Below the pieces are notes generated by a model. It was not told the DNA's origin and did not search any database. It was given only the letters and a program-made list of their open reading frames with translations. The translations under genes and the position numbers were made by a program. From Bacillota bacterium (GTDB lineage: Bacteria; Bacillota; Clostridia; Oscillospirales; Acutalibacteraceae): a DNA stretch of 64,000 bases. Positions 19,200 through 29,018 of the stretch are shown one piece after another (position 1 is the first letter of the stretch; every line of letters begins with the position of its first letter). The DNA lies in the NCBI GenBank assembly GCA_023458915.1, contig JAEWWM010000050.1, positions 2,916 to 66,915 on the forward strand, written 5' to 3'.

Positions 19200-19784
19200 T
19201 TAATTAAACTCGTTCATTGCTTCGTCTATTTTACCATCAATTATAAGGCAAATCGATTCATAAGTTTCTTGAGCAGATTTATTTATAGTTTCGAGATCTT
19301 CTTTATTAAATTTTGAAAGTACCCAATCAGCGAGATCCCAGTTTTCGTTTGGTCTACCCCCAACACCTATTTTTATTCTTGGGAAATTTTCTGAAGAGCA
19401 CAAATCGAATATACTTTTTAACCCGTTATGCCCGCCATGCGAGCCATTTTTACGTACTCTGATTTTACCGAGCGGCAAAGAAACATCATCAAAGATCAAA
19501 ATCACTTTTTCAGGAGGAATTTTATAAAAATTCATAGCAGCTATAACAGCTTCGCCGCTTAAATTCATATAAGTTTGCGGTTTTAGAAGAAATATTTTTT
19601 TGTCACCATACTGTACAGTCGTGCAGAGGCTTTTAATTTTTTTGGAATTGATTTCCGTTCCCAGTTTATTTGCTGTGTAATCAAGCGCTATAAAACCTGC
19701 ATTGTGCCGCGTGTTTTCGTATTCTTTTCCGGGATTTCCAAGGCCCACTATAATAAAATCAATTCTACTCATAATATAATTCAT
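19200..19784 (-). CDS. pth: peptidyl-tRNA hydrolase
   Basis: IIVGLGNPGKEYENTRHNAGF, GSHGGHNGLKS. The start could instead be the ATG at 19772. Confidence 0.93.
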   Translation of the reverse strand: MNYIMSRIDFIIVGLGNPGKEYENTRHNAGFIALDYTANKLGTEINSKKIKSLCTTVQYGDKKIFLLKPQTYMNLSGEAVIAAMNFYKIPPEKVILIFDDVSLPLGKIRVRKNGSHGGHNGLKSIFDLCSSENFPRIKIGVGGRPNENWDLADWVLSKFNKEDLETINKSAQETYESICLIIDGKIDEAMNEFN

Positions 19785-19946
19785 CTTTCATTTTTACAAT
19801 TGAGTAACAGCGTTTATAAACATGAATAAAATCTATCTCAAACCTATTTCGTAATTAAACTTTACTTCAAATCAAAACCTTAGGTTGGCTTAAAGAATTT
19901 AGGAGGCTACGCCTTCTCATCCTTTTCATGCAGTTTTAGGACAAGT

Positions 19947-20909
19947 TTACTCTAAAATCATCGTTGAAATTGGCCGGTCACTATTTATTCTTTTTATCGC
20001 CTCAGATAATACAGGTGCAACATTCAAAACAGTAAATTTATCGAGCATTTTGTCTTCAGGAAGATTTATAGTATTTAAAACTATCATTTTCTTAATTGCG
20101 CTTTCTTGCAGCCTTTCAAGGGCGTTTCCCGAAAGCACCGGATGAGCAACATAAGCATAAACTTCTTTTGCTCCTCCTTTTTCGATTATTGCATTTGCTG
20201 CATTGCACAGTGTACCGGCGGTGTCGATAATATCATCTACAAGGATTATTTTTTTATCTTTCACATCTCCGACTATATTCATAACTTCGCTTACATTGGC
20301 GCGCGGACGCCTCTTATCAACTAGCGCGAGTGGGCATCCAAGTCTTGTTGCAAACTGGCGGGCTCTTGAAATTGAACCTAGGTCAGGCGCGAGAACAGTG
20401 AACTCTTCAGGATTAAATCTGTCAACTTCTTTAATAAAAGAGGCAAAAAGCGGAGCTGCGATTATATGGTCTACCGGGACATTAAAAAATCCTTGAATTT
20501 GAAGCGTGTGAAGCTCCATTGTAAGGATTCTCTCTGCTCCGGCAGTTGTTAAAAGGTCGGCAACAAGTTTTGCGGAAATGGGGTCTCGGGGCTTTGCTTT
20601 CCTGTCTTGTCTGGCGTACCCGAAATAAGGGATAACAGCGGTAATTCTTGCGGCGGATGCTCTTTTAACGGCATCAATCATTATTAAAAGTTCCATAAGG
20701 TTTTCGTTAATGGGAGTGCATGTGGACTGAACTATGAAGCAGTCCGCTCCTCTTACTGATTCGCGGATGGAAACTGATATTTCTCCGTCGCTAAACCTAC
20801 TAACTTCTGATTCTCCAAGTTCGCAGCCGAGCTCATTTGCAATATTTTCAGCAAGCTTTGGGTTAGAGTTTGCCGTGAAAATTTTTAAATCTCGCCCCTG
20901 ATACTCCAT
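19947..20909 (-). CDS. prs: ribose-phosphate pyrophosphokinase
   Basis: YFGYARQDRK, DLH...QIQGFF, ILVDDIIDTAGT. Confidence 0.95.
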   Translation of the reverse strand: MEYQGRDLKIFTANSNPKLAENIANELGCELGESEVSRFSDGEISVSIRESVRGADCFIVQSTCTPINENLMELLIMIDAVKRASAARITAVIPYFGYARQDRKAKPRDPISAKLVADLLTTAGAERILTMELHTLQIQGFFNVPVDHIIAAPLFASFIKEVDRFNPEEFTVLAPDLGSISRARQFATRLGCPLALVDKRRPRANVSEVMNIVGDVKDKKIILVDDIIDTAGTLCNAANAIIEKGGAKEVYAYVAHPVLSGNALERLQESAIKKMIVLNTINLPEDKMLDKFTVLNVAPVLSEAIKRINSDRPISTMILE

Positions 20910-20954
20910 AAATTTTTTCTCCTTTTAAACGTCTTTATTATTTTAAATGGCTTT

Positions 20955-21998
20955 TTACGATGCGCCATTAAAATTTATAATTGAAGCAAATGGTCCAATT
21001 TCCTGATTTTCAGCTATGATGCTGTTTTTGCAGTAGCTGTGGTTTATAGTGGTATTGTCGCCAACTTGGCAGTCTGTAATCTGGCTGCCTGGACCAATTA
21101 TACATTCTTTTTCTATAACTGTTTTTCCGGTAAGGATTGTTCCTGGCAGAATCGAGGTTCCGGCGCCAATTTGTACCCATTTGCCTATAATAACGCCATC
21201 TCTGCAGGCTATTTTTACTCCGTTTTCCATAAGTCCATCAATAACTTTATTTCTTGCAATTTCATTTAGTTTTTGAAGCTGATATGTATCATTTGCCCCA
21301 AGCGCAACATCAGAGGATGACGTTTCAAACGCGTCCACCCGGCATTTATTATTTATTAAAAGTTTTATAACAGATGTTAAGTAATACTCGTTTTGGAAAG
21401 TATCTTTTTTGATTTTATTAAGGTGTGCCATTAAATCATCTACTTTAAACCAATAAGCTCCTGAGTTTATTTCTCGAATGGACCTCTGGGTAAAGCTTGC
21501 GTCCTGCTCTTCAACTATTGCCTCAACATTATAGTCGGAACTATTTCGTATTATTCTGCCGTAACCTATGGGGTTATCAAGCTTTGAGGAAATGATTGTT
21601 GCGGAGTTGTTTGAATTTTTATGTATTTTGTAAGCTTTTGTGATTGTTGCTTTGTCAATGAATGGAGCGTCTCCGCCAAGAATTAAAACATCGCCGCCGG
21701 TATACTTTTCAAGAAACGGAAACGCTGTCATAACAGCGTGAGCTGTACCTAGGCGCTCATTTTGTACCACATTTTCAAGATTATAACCTAAGCTGTCTAA
21801 ATAATCTTGCACAAGCTCGTGTTTATAACCCGTAACAACGCAAATATTTTCAATGTTGCACATCATAACCGAATTAATAACCCACCCAACCATTGGCTCA
21901 AAAAGAACAGGCGAGAGGATTTTTGGTATACTGGACTTCATCCTAGTACCATCGCCGGCGGCAAGTATCACGCAGCAAACATTACTCAAAAAATTCAC
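20955..21998 (-). CDS. glmU: GlmU-like UDP-GlcNAc pyrophosphorylase with shortened left-handed beta-helix domain
   Basis: ILAAGDGTRMKS and GTAHAV uridyltransferase motifs. Only ~90 aa of hexapeptide repeats follow and the protein ends at 347 aa. Conserved glmU-prs-pth order. Confidence 0.75.
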   Translation of the reverse strand: MNFLSNVCCVILAAGDGTRMKSSIPKILSPVLFEPMVGWVINSVMMCNIENICVVTGYKHELVQDYLDSLGYNLENVVQNERLGTAHAVMTAFPFLEKYTGGDVLILGGDAPFIDKATITKAYKIHKNSNNSATIISSKLDNPIGYGRIIRNSSDYNVEAIVEEQDASFTQRSIREINSGAYWFKVDDLMAHLNKIKKDTFQNEYYLTSVIKLLINNKCRVDAFETSSSDVALGANDTYQLQKLNEIARNKVIDGLMENGVKIACRDGVIIGKWVQIGAGTSILPGTILTGKTVIEKECIIGPGSQITDCQVGDNTTINHSYCKNSIIAENQEIGPFASIINFNGAS

Positions 21999-22203
21999 TC
22001 CAACTCAGATCAATGCTATAAACATCATATATTCTATATCTTAGGTTAAAATATTTCAACAGTACAACATATAAAAAACATAAATCCATTCCAACTTCTT
22101 TACCGTAATGTAAGATTTAGTCCAAATAGTAAGTCTAAATTTACGAAAGGGGGTTTAAGTTTAGAGAGACTATGCCATTCTGATTCTCCATACTAACAGA
22201 ACA

Positions 22204-23130
22204 TTATTTTGTTTCCAGTACTGATTTTACTGCTTCAACTATATCTTCTGCCGTCATGTTATAAATCTCTTTTAAGTAAGGCATTTTCCCAACCTGGCCA
22301 AAAGCATCTCTTATTCCAACCGAGCGAAGCGGCACTGGACAGCTTTCCGCTAAAACTTCAGAAACAGCAGAGCGAAGCCCTCCAATAATATTATGATTCT
22401 CGACTGTTACAACCGCTTTTGTTTTTTTGGCTGAGTTTATAACGCTTTCCTCATCAATTGGTTTTATAGTATGAATATTAATTATTTCTGCATTTATGCC
22501 AATTTCTTCGAGTATTTTATTTGCCTCAATTGTTTCCTGAACCATAATACCGGAGCAAAAAATACTTACATCTTCTCCCTCTTTTATAGTATTAGAACCA
22601 AAAAGATTAAATTTATGGTCTTCCGTAAAAACATCCGGAATTTCTTTTCTGAACATTCTTATATAAACCGGGCCTTTAAAGTTGAGTATTTGCGGCAAAA
22701 TATTTTTAAGCTGAATGTTGTCTACGGGCTCGAATATTACTATATTTGGTATACTTCTTAAAACCCCTATATCTTCAAAACTCATGTGCGTCCCGCCATT
22801 ATATTCCGCGCTGATTCCGGGGTCGGTGCCTATAATTTTAACGTTTTGTTTAGCATAACATATGGAAACTGCTATCTGGTCGCATATTCTGCGCGTCGCA
22901 AAAGGTGTAAATGTACATATAAAAGGGATAAAACCGTAACTGCTCATTCCTGCGGCAATTGACGCCATATTTTGCTCCGCGATTCCAACATTTATCACGC
23001 GGTCTTTATACTTTTTTTCAAGGTCTGAAAATCCATTAGGTTTAGCAAGGTCGGAATTCAAAACCACAATTTTTTCATTTTCGCTCATCGCTCTTTCAAG
23101 TTCTAGAGCAAACATTTGTCTCATTTCCAT
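22204..23130 (-). CDS. transketolase, C-terminal (pyrimidine-binding) subunit
   Basis: GIAEQNMASIAAGMS and GGTHMSFEDI. Start set at MEMRQMF (ATG 23130), 9 nt after AGGAGA. Confidence 0.9.
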   Translation of the reverse strand: MEMRQMFALELERAMSENEKIVVLNSDLAKPNGFSDLEKKYKDRVINVGIAEQNMASIAAGMSSYGFIPFICTFTPFATRRICDQIAVSICYAKQNVKIIGTDPGISAEYNGGTHMSFEDIGVLRSIPNIVIFEPVDNIQLKNILPQILNFKGPVYIRMFRKEIPDVFTEDHKFNLFGSNTIKEGEDVSIFCSGIMVQETIEANKILEEIGINAEIINIHTIKPIDEESVINSAKKTKAVVTVENHNIIGGLRSAVSEVLAESCPVPLRSVGIRDAFGQVGKMPYLKEIYNMTAEDIVEAVKSVLETK

Positions 23131-23229
23131 TAAATTTCGTCTCCTAATTTTCAGCATTGCTGAATTTGCATATATTAGTTCTAGTTTTTCCCTTCAGTTA
23201 GTAGGCGGAGGAAAAACATAAAGTATAAA

Positions 23230-24042
23230 CTAAGTTGCATAGTTTAATTCTTTCATGCCCTCTTCAAACATTTCTTTTGTTATCGGCATGCTGTGGTTTG
23301 AAGCGCCGGCCTTTTCGGCAAAACTTATTCCATAGCCTTTTACTGTATTTAAAATTATCATAACAGGTTTTTCGCAAAGCTTCGCTTTTGTTATGGCACT
23401 GTCAATCTCATCGCAATCATTGCCGTTCGCAATAGTTATTACATCCCAACCAAAAGCTTCCCATTTCAAGTCAAGCGGATTAATATCACAAATCTCATTA
23501 ACCATGCCATCGAGCTGAAGTTTGTTATAATCCGTAAAAGCTATTAAATTATTAAGATTATGATGTGCGGCGAACATGGCAGCTTCCCAAATTTGACCCT
23601 CCTGGGTTTCGCCGTCGCCAATTATTGCATATATTGTCGCTCCGTCATTTTTAAGTTTAGAAGCCTTTGCAACTCCTATAGCACACGAAAAACCCTGGCC
23701 TAGCGAACCAGTTGTCATATCGATTCCCGGAGTTTTATTCATGTCACAGTGGCTTGGAAGGTTAGTCCCGGGCTGATTGAGCGTTAACAACCACTCTTTC
23801 GGAAAATAACCCATATCTGATAAAATTGCGTAAACTGCCGGCCCACTATGTCCCTTGGAAACTATCAAGCGGTCTCTGCCTTCTTTTTGTGGGTTTTTAG
23901 GGTCGATGTTCATATGTTTGTTATAAAGAACCACTAAAAGCTCAACTATTGAAAGTGAGCCGCCGATATGCCCGACTCCCAAAGTGCCAATTTCCGTTAA
24001 TATACTTTTTCGTATCTCGTTACATTTGGATTCAAAAATCAA
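23230..24042 (-). CDS. transketolase, N-terminal (TPP-binding) subunit
   Basis: GHIGGSLS, SKGHSGPAVYA, GSLGQG, GDGETQEG. Start set at TTG 24042 behind AGGGAGGA. Confidence 0.9.
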   Translation of the reverse strand: MIFESKCNEIRKSILTEIGTLGVGHIGGSLSIVELLVVLYNKHMNIDPKNPQKEGRDRLIVSKGHSGPAVYAILSDMGYFPKEWLLTLNQPGTNLPSHCDMNKTPGIDMTTGSLGQGFSCAIGVAKASKLKNDGATIYAIIGDGETQEGQIWEAAMFAAHHNLNNLIAFTDYNKLQLDGMVNEICDINPLDLKWEAFGWDVITIANGNDCDEIDSAITKAKLCEKPVMIILNTVKGYGISFAEKAGASNHSMPITKEMFEEGMKELNYAT

Positions 24043-24247
24043 AAATAATTCCTCCCTAAAACAAATTTTACAAAGCCAAAAGATAATTTTTAAAAAGCTC
24101 ATCTAAAACTAGTGCAGATTCCATTAAAATCAGCGAAGACTGTTCTCTCGATACATTGAAAAGATTTTAATAAAAGGGGATAGTGCGTAAACATTATAAA
24201 ATTTTTAATAATTTAAACATCTCATTTCGTGCAATTTTAGAACAAGT

Positions 24248-24667
24248 TTAAAGATTATCAGGACCAAAACTTTCCGGAAGCAACTCTTCTAGCGTTAAAA
24301 TTTTAAAATCGTTCTCGCTTTTTGCAAGTATTATTTCGAAATCTTTTGGATCGCAAAATTCTCTTAGTGCTTGGCGACACATCCCGCATGGCGGGCAATA
24401 GGAAGTTAAAATTTCTTTTTCGTTTTCGCTACCTCCAACAACTGCTATGGCTTTAAATTTTTTGTGGCCGTCAAAAACAGCTCTAAAGAGCGCCGTACGT
24501 TCAGCACAATTGCAAACAGAATATGCTGCACATTCAATATTAAACCCTGCATATATTTTTTCATTTAAGGTTAAAAGTGCAGCGCCGACTTTAAACTTTG
24601 AGTAGGGAGTGTAAGCATTTTTTCGCGCGATAGTCGCTTCTGTTATAAGATTTTTTATATAATTCAA
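24248..24667 (-). CDS. cdd: cytidine deaminase
   Basis: Zinc motifs CAERTALF and CPPCGMCRQ. Confidence 0.92.
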   Translation of the reverse strand: MNYIKNLITEATIARKNAYTPYSKFKVGAALLTLNEKIYAGFNIECAAYSVCNCAERTALFRAVFDGHKKFKAIAVVGGSENEKEILTSYCPPCGMCRQALREFCDPKDFEIILAKSENDFKILTLEELLPESFGPDNL

Positions 24668-24734
24668 ATTAAACCTCCAATAAATTTTTAAACTCGAAAT
24701 CTAATCTTAATAGTATCTAATCTTATAGTATAAT

Positions 24735-25481
24735 ATGAAATTCCAAAAATTTCAAAAAATATCGGTAAAAAAATATCTTCATGCATATATATTTAATCGA
24801 GGTGAATCTCGATTGGATAAAAAACAAATTATAAAAATGCTGGAATACTGTGGAATGTCTTACAGCGATTGCCAGGCTGAAGGTTCTGACGGTAAACTCA
24901 TATTTGTTAATGATAAAAAAACCGGTATTCAGTGCTTTTTGAGAGTAAATAGCAGTATTTTAACCATAGTATTTCGCGGTTCAGATTCCAAAAAGGATTG
25001 GCAGGCGGATTTTAAATTCTGGGAAGCTTTGATACCCTACAACCATTTTTCACATAAAATAAAAGTTCATACAGGGTTTATTAGCACATACAAATCACAC
25101 AGCGTTCGCGGCAAAATCCGAGAATTTGTAAACGAAAACATAAAGAAAATTTATGTAACAGGTCATTCTTACGGTGCTGCGCTTGCAATTTTGTGCGCTA
25201 TTGACCTAAGGTGTAATTTTCCGCACAAAGATTATGAAGTTGTGGTTTTTGGATGCCCCAGAGTGGGCAACAAAGCTTTTAAAAATTTTTATAACCTAAG
25301 GCTTTTTAAAACATTAAGAGTTGAACACAGAAGAGACATAGTTCCTAAAGTGCCATTTGCGTTTTTAGGTTATAGGCATGTTGGGGCAAAGATAAAAATT
25401 GGCAAAGGCGAGCTTTTTAAGCCTTATTCTATGAAAAAACATAATTTACAGGAGTATTATTCAAATATATGGGATATATGA
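24735..25481 (+). CDS. class 3 lipase-family serine hydrolase
   Basis: VFRGSDSKKDW and nucleophile elbow GHSYGAALA. Confidence 0.7.
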   Translation: MKFQKFQKISVKKYLHAYIFNRGESRLDKKQIIKMLEYCGMSYSDCQAEGSDGKLIFVNDKKTGIQCFLRVNSSILTIVFRGSDSKKDWQADFKFWEALIPYNHFSHKIKVHTGFISTYKSHSVRGKIREFVNENIKKIYVTGHSYGAALAILCAIDLRCNFPHKDYEVVVFGCPRVGNKAFKNFYNLRLFKTLRVEHRRDIVPKVPFAFLGYRHVGAKIKIGKGELFKPYSMKKHNLQEYYSNIWDI

Positions 25482-25663
25482 GACCATTTTTTTGCAGAAT
25501 GTTCAATTTCATTATATTTTTCGCTATTTTGGGAGTATGCGTTGCAATATTCTTCCTTTTTAAGCTCTTGTTTTGCGGTTTTTGCGCAGCGGATTTTGAG
25601 TGCGGTTTTGGCTTTATTATACCGCTAATAATAATATTTCTTATTTTTCAAGTTATCCGATGA
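25469..25663 (+). CDS. possible small two-TM Cys/Phe-rich membrane protein
   Basis: 64-aa ORF overlapping the lipase stop. Very hydrophobic, with no convincing SD. Confidence 0.3.
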   Translation: MGYMRPFFCRMFNFIIFFAILGVCVAIFFLFKLLFCGFCAADFECGFGFIIPLIIIFLIFQVIR

Positions 25664-25760
25664 TTTTTTCTGCTTCTCAAGAAATTATTTTACAAAATTT
25701 TTAAAAATATAATATAATGAATTATGAAAATGCTCTGACCACAAGAGCTTATAAGGAAGG

Positions 25761-26045
25761 ATGTTAAAAATAATGACTTGGACAATTTTATCATGGGTAA
25801 TGTCAGCAGTCGGTTTAGCTGGTACTCTTATGAATGCCGAAAGAAACAAATGGGGTTTTGTATTTTGGCTTGTTTCCAATATGTATATGGTTATAAGATT
25901 TTTTATTATAGGCGAGTATGCTCAATGTGCGTTATTTTTTGTTTATTTTCTTCTTGCTATTAGGGGAATCATTGCGTGGACAAAAAAAGAAAACAAAGAA
26001 AATAATAATAAAAATATCAACGAACCCAGCGTTCAAAATGCGTAA
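25761..26045 (+). CDS. three-TM membrane protein resembling the N-terminal repeat of PnuC nicotinamide riboside transporters
   Basis: VGLAGTLMNAERNKWGFVFWLVSNMYMVI...LLAIRGIIAW matches the PnuC pattern as I remember it (LNAkKn.W.f..W..SN..Y...G...W), but the protein is only 94 aa. Confidence 0.5.
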   Translation: MLKIMTWTILSWVMSAVGLAGTLMNAERNKWGFVFWLVSNMYMVIRFFIIGEYAQCALFFVYFLLAIRGIIAWTKKENKENNNKNINEPSVQNA

Positions 26046-26069
26046 GCTTACATATTAAAGAGAAATATT

Positions 26070-26603
26070 ATGAAAATTTTTTTACATACTTGTTGCGCGC
26101 CTTGCTCAGTTAAATGCATAGATGTTTTTCAAAGCGAAAACATAGTGCCGGTTTTGTTTTGGTATAATCCAAATGTTCATCCGTATATTGAATATAAAAG
26201 CAGAAAAGATACGCTATTTGATTTTGCCAAATCCAAAAATCTTGAAATTCATGTAAAAAACGAGTATGGGCTTCAAACATTTATTAAAAATGTTTGTCCT
26301 GAGTTTAATAACAGATGTGAGTATTGCTATAAATCCCGTTTGGAAGAAACAGCTCACTACGCTTCTGAATATGGATACAAAGCTTTTTCAACTACTCTTT
26401 TAATAAGTCCTTATCAGAAGCACGATTTAATTTGTAAAATAGGTAAAGAAATAGCCGAAAAATACGGTGTGGATTTTTTGTACCGTGATTTCAGGCCGTA
26501 CTTTAAAGAAGGGCAGAAGATAGCTAGAGATTCTGGGATGTATATGCAAAAATATTGCGGTTGCATTTTCAGCGAAGAGGAGCGTTTTAAGTCAAATATT
26601 TAA
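26070..26603 (+). CDS. queH: epoxyqueuosine reductase QueH (DUF208)
   Basis: LHTCCAPCS start, a CxxC (CEYC) motif and the C-terminal YCGC motif. Confidence 0.85.
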   Translation: MKIFLHTCCAPCSVKCIDVFQSENIVPVLFWYNPNVHPYIEYKSRKDTLFDFAKSKNLEIHVKNEYGLQTFIKNVCPEFNNRCEYCYKSRLEETAHYASEYGYKAFSTTLLISPYQKHDLICKIGKEIAEKYGVDFLYRDFRPYFKEGQKIARDSGMYMQKYCGCIFSEEERFKSNI

Positions 26604-26659
26604 AAATTGCAAAGAAAATGCTGAGATAAAGATAGGTATATTTTTCTCGAGGTGTGTTA

Positions 26660-27244
26660 TTAAAAATCCGATGCGCTATAACCAAGTTCATTAAAATTAG
26701 TATAAAGTTTACTAATAGGCATGCCTAATATATTGTAATAATCCCCAACTATTTTATCCAAAAAAATTAAAGCTTTGCCATCCGCAAGCGAATAGCCGGC
26801 ATGCTCTAAAATGTGCTCAGTGTTATTTATGTACCAGTGCATATCAGCTTCAGTAATTTTTTTAAAATAAACTTCGGTTTTATCAAAAAAAGTTAGTTCT
26901 TTGTTTTTATATAAATCTCTTATAGTCACGCCTGTTAGAGCGTAGTTCATATTCCCACTGAAAAGCTGCATATTTTCAAGCGCTTTTTCCTTGCTTTTAG
27001 GCTTTTCAAATTTTTTATTTCCCATGCAAATTATGGTATCAGCAGCGATAATTAAAGCTTTTTCATTGTTTAATTGCTTGGCTGCAGATCTTGCTTTAAT
27101 TTTTGAAAGCCCAATCACATATTTTTCAAAATCTGTCTCGTTACTTTTTTCTGCGTCTTTACTGGTAATAACTTCATATTTAAAACCCAGCATATCAAGA
27201 ATTGCCCTGCGCGTTTTTGATGACGAAGCTAATATTAGTCGCAT
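26660..27244 (-). CDS. maf: Maf-like nucleoside triphosphate pyrophosphatase
   Basis: LILASSSKTRRAIL, IIAADTI, GAYNILG-like GDYYNILGMP. Confidence 0.85.
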   Translation of the reverse strand: MRLILASSSKTRRAILDMLGFKYEVITSKDAEKSNETDFEKYVIGLSKIKARSAAKQLNNEKALIIAADTIICMGNKKFEKPKSKEKALENMQLFSGNMNYALTGVTIRDLYKNKELTFFDKTEVYFKKITEADMHWYINNTEHILEHAGYSLADGKALIFLDKIVGDYYNILGMPISKLYTNFNELGYSASDF

Positions 27245-27430
27245 TTTTTGTCTCCTTATTTTTAAAAACTTTAATGTAAAATTTAATTTTTAAGTTAATT
27301 TAATTCAACTAATTATAATATAAATTTTGTATAAACACATTAAAAACACAAATAAATTTTTTATCAATTTGAAAACGCAAGTATTTTAAGAATCAGTATC
27401 TTTTCTTGGTGAAGCGTTGGGGCTGCGTAC

Positions 27431-27460
27431 TTGAATTTATTATAACGTATATGGTATTAT
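27431..27460 (+). promoter_or_regulatory. candidate promoter for tRNA-Pro
   Basis: TTGAAT, 18-nt spacer ending TGg, TATTAT. The tRNA begins ~24 nt downstream. Confidence 0.45.
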
Positions 27461-27483
27461 AATACAGTTAATATAATAATTAA

Positions 27484-27560
27484 CCGGGTGTGGCGCAGTT
27501 TGGTAGCGCGCTTGAATGGGGTTCAAGAGGCCGCAGGTTCGACTCCTGTCACTCGGACCA
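27484..27560 (+). tRNA. tRNA-Pro (anticodon GGG), CCA encoded
   Basis: Acceptor ccgggtg/cactcgg, D stem gcgc/gcgc, anticodon stem cttga/tcaag with loop auGGGgu, T loop ttcgact. Confidence 0.85.
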
Positions 27561-27597
27561 ATTTAAATCTTTAAGCCTGCTGTTTAGGAGGTAATCT

Positions 27598-28254
27598 ATA
27601 ACTTCATATAAAATTGATACACCAAAATTAAATAATGATCTGATAGAATTTGACAAAAAAGAGCTTGTCGATATTAAAGATGAAGACATTATTTCTAATA
27701 CAAAAATAAAAGATATAGTTTTCTGTAAACAGAGTGCAAATGATATTGAGATTAAAGGCTCTGCGCTCTCTAATGTGAAATTTCAAGAGTGCAACTTTAA
27801 TCGGTTAAGTATCACGGATTGCATATTAAAATAGTGCGATTTTTCGAACATCCAAATGTGTGAGTCAATTTTTTGTAGAGTAGAGCTACAAAATTGCAAA
27901 CTTCTTGGAAGTAATTTTTATGGATCATCCATTTTAAATGTTGTTCTTAATGCATGCATAGCAGATTATTCTATTTTTGCAGAATCCAGATTTAAAAATG
28001 TCGTGATTAAAGACACTTCTCTTAAAAAGGCTGATTTCTACAACGCATCTTTTAACCGAATCCAACTGTTTCGTGTTGCTTTGCATCAAGCTCAGCTATC
28101 TGGCGCTAAGCTAAAAGGGCTGGATTTTAGTGAGTGTAATATAGAAGGAATTGGAATCCGTTTAGAAGATTTGGCGGGAATAACCATTACGCCGCTTCAG
28201 GCTGTAGATATCATCAAATCGCTTGAGACGGGAATAAATATAAAAACTTCATAG
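27598..28254 (+). pseudogene. Qnr/MfpA-type pentapeptide-repeat protein gene with ATA in the start position and an in-frame TAG (27832-27834)
   Basis: AGGAGGT SD sits 5 nt before ATA 27598. 78 sense codons, then TAG, then 139 codons in the same frame (218 in total). Five-residue periodicity runs throughout; the C-terminal LKGLDFSECN...ITITPLQAVDIIKSL resembles Qnr-like proteins. Confidence 0.7.
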
Positions 28255-28567
28255 ACAGTAGCACAAGGATTTATAGGAGAAAACAAATAATTAAAAAATA
28301 ACTAAATTTATTTATAAGCCGAAACTTTACGAATCCAATACAAGCAAAAAAATATACATTTTAGGTAAGCGGCGACTTACTAAATTCAACGGATGTAAGT
28401 TAGAAATTTTTCCTTTATTTTTGAAAAATTTGAACGGCGTTACAATCATCGTGGTGAAGATTTGTTAAAGCTAAAGAAATTGATAAAGTAGCTTATTTTT
28501 AGTAAAATGAGGTTATTAATTTTATGAGATAGGCAAGAGTCTGTGCTATTTTAAATGGAGGTATTTA

Positions 28568-28927
28568 TTGATTTACTTATCCGATTTTACATTCCCTAGC
28601 GAAGATAAGGAAATGAGTTATATCTATTCAATTGGAAGAGAATGCTATAATACGTTTTATCCATTTAAAACATTGTCAGTACGAGATCTTGAAAAAATCG
28701 AATTTGAATCGATTACTATTTTGTACGGAGGAAATGGGTCAGGAAAATCGACGGCACTAAATGTAATGGCAGAAAAAACTAGAATCAGTCGTGATTCAAT
28801 ATATAATAAATCGAATTTCTATTCAGACTATAATGATAAAATAATAACTAGATTTTACTCTCTTAATATTTTTTGTCAATTCTTTTTTGGAATTTTTTTA
28901 CAGAAATTCACAAATTTTGAAATTTAA
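28568..28927 (+). pseudogene. N-terminal fragment of an AAA/ABC-like ATPase
   Basis: GGAGG SD and TTG start. Walker A ILYGGNGSGKST at aa 52-63. After about aa 88 the reading frame becomes low-complexity hydrophobic and ends; no Walker B or signature motif. Confidence 0.55.
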
Positions 28928-29018
28928 TTTTTTATATGAAAAATGTTGAAAAAAATATATTGCTGTTATACTTAAAAAAATTCAAATGTAAATATATGTA
29001 AAAAGGTGGTAGAGTATT

